NCBI RefSeq assembly: GCF_036321535.1
Contig: NC_087447.1
Coordinates: 40,674,001 to 40,738,000, forward strand
DNA length: 64,000 nucleotides
Direction of reading: 5' to 3'
Source of the DNA: Camelus dromedarius
Taxonomy: Eukaryota
Position 1 is the first letter of the stretch. Each line of letters begins with the position of its first letter. The translations under genes were made by a program, and so were the position numbers. The notes under the pieces are model-generated. The model ran no database searches. It was not told the DNA's origin and was given only the letters and a program-made list of their open reading frames with translations. Below, in pieces: positions 60,261-64,000 of this stretch.

Positions 60261-63200
60261 ATGTATGGTCTTTGTACTGTCATTCCCTGAGGAGCCAGGG
60301 AGCATGGGTGGTCCCTTCCTGCTCCCTCTGCCAGGTGGGCAGTGAGCAAGCCCTGGCTGTGTGCCCACCCTGCCTTTGTTTAGAAGCACAAAGGAGAGCA
60401 GAAAATAATGAGGCAGAGAGGAAAGGAGTCTATTAGAAATGGCGCCAGGAGAAGCTCTCGGGTATACGGATGTGCGCCAGGGCAAGCCCATGATTGGATA
60501 ACATTTCCCTTCTGTTTCCTTCGTCCATAACTTAGTTATTTAAAGTGCAGGGGAAATAAAAAAAAAAAAGAATATGCTGTTCAGTTTATACAAATGAGGT
60601 TTATAAATAGCTGTTGTGGAGAGCCGGCATCGTGTGGAGATCAGGGTGCCCACAGTGAGCCCTGACTCAGTGCTGTGGGGGCCGGCTCTGCTGATCTGGA
60701 GGTGCTCTACGTGTCTGCCTCTGAGCCACTGTCACCTTGCTCCTGGTGGCTCCTTAGGGAGACCTACATGCTTTGACCTTGGGGATAAGGAGCACTGTGG
60801 CGTCTGAATGGGGTTAAAGGGCACTGGCATCACTGGATATGGCAAAGATGGCAGGATTCGGAACAGGGCAGACCTGGGTTTGAATCCCAGTCTGTCACTT
60901 GCCAGCTGTGTGGCTGCTGGGACATTGACCAGGCCTCAATTTCTCCTACGCCCACTGCAGGTTGTGATAGGCCACTGGTACAGGGTTGCTTGTGAGGGTG
61001 GAGCCTGGGGGCAGCTCAGCAGTAGTTCTTGCTAGATTTGGCAAGATAGGCAGGTATTTCTGAGGCCAGACAGCACCAATATTTTCAGGGGGGCTGAAGA
61101 TTAACTAGTGGCTGGGGAGTAGCAGGGATAGACAAGGGACCAAGTGGCATGCTGGTCACTAGGGTGGAGCAGGTGTGCCCAGGCCCTGCTTTGGCCCCTG
61201 AACAGACCCCAGACTTTGAGCCATCTGACCATCAAAGGATTAGTCTCGTTACCATTATCATTATAATTATTAAACATTCTCATTTTTGTCTGCTTAGTTA
61301 CCTGGCGTTTCAGTTTCTACACTTTCGTAGACTGTCTGCAAGTTACCTGCCACTGAGTTCCTGCCCCGGCCTTGCTGAAAAGGTAGGCTGAGGGATGTGT
61401 TAGCAATTCAGTTCTCCTGATGCTCGGATTCTCAACCATGCATCTGAAAGCCCTCGTCTGGCAACTTACCAACCCCCTGGCTTTCACTGAGAGCCAGCCT
61501 CAGACTGTCTCCAGGCGAAGCCCCCAGTGTCTTCTGTATGACTGAAGCCATAGACACCATCCGTGTGTCATTCAAGATGACCTGAGCTGAGGCCTTGAGC
61601 AGTGTGACTCTCTTCATGACTGTGAGCTTTTCTCTTTAGATTTAAGCATGCTGTTGAATTTCCTTCTCAGATTCAGATCAGTTTTATAAGCACTGACTGA
61701 GCACCGACTACTTGGCCATAACTGTGGTCCTGGTAGGGGAGATAATGAAACAGCACGGTGACCTGGGAAGGGCCAGGACTCCAGCTCACCTATGATTGAA
61801 TGCTTCTCCACTGCTCATTAGCTGTGTGGCTTTGGAATTGTTACCTAAACCGCCTGAGCCCAGGCTTCCCACTTGTAAAATGAGACTGATTATCTACATG
61901 GTCTTAAGAAAAGAGAAATGGCTCCATCGCAGGTACTCAGTGAATGATGGTCATCTTTTTCCTCTGCTCCTCTCTCCTCTCCCCTTACTTCCTACTTTCT
62001 CCCACTCCCCCTTCTTTCCTGGCTCTCAAGGAGTTTACCGTCCAGATGTAGGGTCAGGCAGATTCCTAGACTAAACATTTCAGAGTAGCATCAGGATGGG
62101 AGTAGGTACAGGGACCTCTGGGATACAGAGGTGGATGCCCAGAGATGGCTTCCTTCTGTCAGCCTTGGAAGTCATGTGGGTTTGTCCCAATGCACACACA
62201 GGACTGAATGTGTATATAGCCTGCTGGTACCCACACCCACACACTGGTGTGTCATATAGACATATGCATTCGTACCTGTGAGAAGGGACCCAGCACAGAG
62301 CAGGGTTTACCCCGTCAGTTCACGTGAAGAGGCCTTAATGAAGCAGTAGGGATGGAGTTAAAGATCATGCATGCCCAGAGACTCACAACGGGAGGAGGCT
62401 CTGCTGCACCTAGGGCTGAGGGAACAAGGGAAGAAATAATGTTACCAAGGTAGGAAGGAGCCTGAGTCTTGGAAGTGATGCAGCCTGGAGGGAGCGATCG
62501 TCACAGAAGGACACAGCGACTGCCAGAGATGTGGCCCTGAAACTACAGAGGGGAAGAAGCCTCTCCACCACTCTCCTCCTACCCGTTGATTTCCTGCTGA
62601 TGCCTCCTGCTGGCTGAGCCCTCCTGAGGGAGGCTGAGTGATGCCATAAGCAGGAGTCTCCTTCCCGGGCAGAGAGCCTGGCAGGGATGGGTGGAGAGCG
62701 GAATCTTGGGAGGGTACAAATGGAGAGTAAGTAGTCGGGATATGTAGACAGGGATGTATGCCCATGCGCAGGCATGCACAGGCTGTCCTGGGCTGCTTCC
62801 TGCAGGGCATGAGGGTGTGGGGGGGCACGCGGGGGGCTGGGCATGGATGGTGCAGCTGGATGAGTCCCAAGCCCCTCTGGGAAGGGCTCTGAGAGGCCTC
62901 TGGATGGGGCTTCCTGCAGGATTTTCTCAAAGCTCATTCACTGTGATGCCTCAGTTGTTTTAAAGAAACTGTGATTGGTTTCCAGCCTCCCCAATCTTTG
63001 CTGAAGGCAACTATGGGTTTGTACATATTTGAGATACATCCACGTGTAGTGTTTTCTCTTTCTGTCCCAGTGCCTATATTCAGGAATTGCGCAAGGTACA
63101 GTGATGGCCCCAGGCGAGGGCTGTATCTGGCCTGAGTCACGTCCTCAGGGCACACCCAGCTCGGGGTGGACATGGGCATCACACACTGTCCTCAGTGAGT

Positions 63201-64000
63201 GGCTCAGCCATGCCCTTACCACCTCCAGGCCCCAGAGGCATTCTTGAGTTCTCCCCTCCTTGGCTTCACATCCCTGGCTCTGCCCCCTCCAACACCACTG
63301 ATCTCACTAGGGCCTTCCCAGGACCTGGGAGCTGGCGGCTCCAGGCTGAGCTTCCAGCTGTCACTCGGTGGACAGTGAGTCTGTGATACTGGTTGACAAG
63401 AGCATGCGTGCTGTCCGCTGGCCGGCACAGTGGACCAGCGTGGCCTCGGGTTGTGACCTCTTAAGAACCCCACAGGTGATTTAGTCTAGGTGGCAGGCAG
63501 CAGAGGATGGTGACTGGGAGCTCTGTCTCCGATCCCAGCTCCGTGCAGCCTGGGAGAGCTCCATGACTACACGGTCGATGGTCTGCTTCTCCTTTTCCTC
63601 ATTAGGATGCCTGCTTCACCCCTGTTTTGAGCACGTTGGCTTCCAGAAGGGCCGACTTTGCCCATTTGCATGTAGACTGTCTGCTCAGAGTGCTGTTTGG
63701 ATTTGAGTTCGGTTAACATTGCCCTGATGCTGCTGAGAGAGCCCAGGCCTTGAAGATGTCTCCTGGAGGCAGAGACAGGGCCCTGTTTGCAGCCTAGAGA
63801 AAAGGTCTGTCTTCCTGTTTCCTGTGGAGGGAAGGGATTTGTTCACTTGATTTAAAAACTGCCTTAAGTTATTGAGCATATGTTAAGACAGCAGGGAGCT
63901 GGTTCCCCGCCCTGCCCATTTTAGGGCTGGGTTTGCTCTCTTCCGGCTTCTCTCTGACTGGCCTGGCCTTTCTGTAAGGAGCTTTGCAGTCCTGTGCACA

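Noticed and set aside
1..64000. Prokaryote-type systems (CRISPR arrays, operons, defence islands, retrons)
   Set aside because: The sequence is mammalian and repeat-rich. The only reverse transcriptase is L1 ORF2, and there is no regularly spaced repeat-spacer array.

Overview
This is mammalian non-coding DNA, most likely from a camelid (alpaca, llama or camel). The lineage call rests on a young tRNA-Ala-derived SINE of the Vic-1 type, artiodactyl-type L1 3' ends, and no recognisable Alu, BovB/Bov-tA, PRE-1 or SINEC elements. I could not recognise any host protein-coding exon, and the short ORFs in the track are mostly chance or repeat-derived. The dominant feature is a full-length, young LINE-1 on the minus strand (47453-54543, about 7.1 kb) with a perfect 16-bp TSD and a YY1 site at +13..+21. 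It is two lesions from intact: one CGA>TGA stop in ORF1 and one 1-nt deletion in ORF2. Its most unusual part is a 404-nt inter-ORF spacer. The spacer holds four mini-ORFs, a U-rich tract ending in a NAGNAG splice acceptor, and a strong-Kozak 75-codon ORF whose stop overlaps the ORF2 start. ORF2 also carries a pair of mutually compensating frameshift deletions relative to an older L1 copy in the same window. The rest is a mosaic of older L1 fragments, ERV1/MaLR solo LTRs, hAT and Tc-Mariner fossils, many MIR/L2 remnants, microsatellites, a diverged local duplication and a few candidate cis-regulatory motif clusters. L1s and LTRs lie mostly on the minus strand, which suggests an intron of a plus-strand gene. 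Repeat family names come from my recall of consensus sequences, not from a database search, and boundaries of old repeats are approximate (tens of bp).
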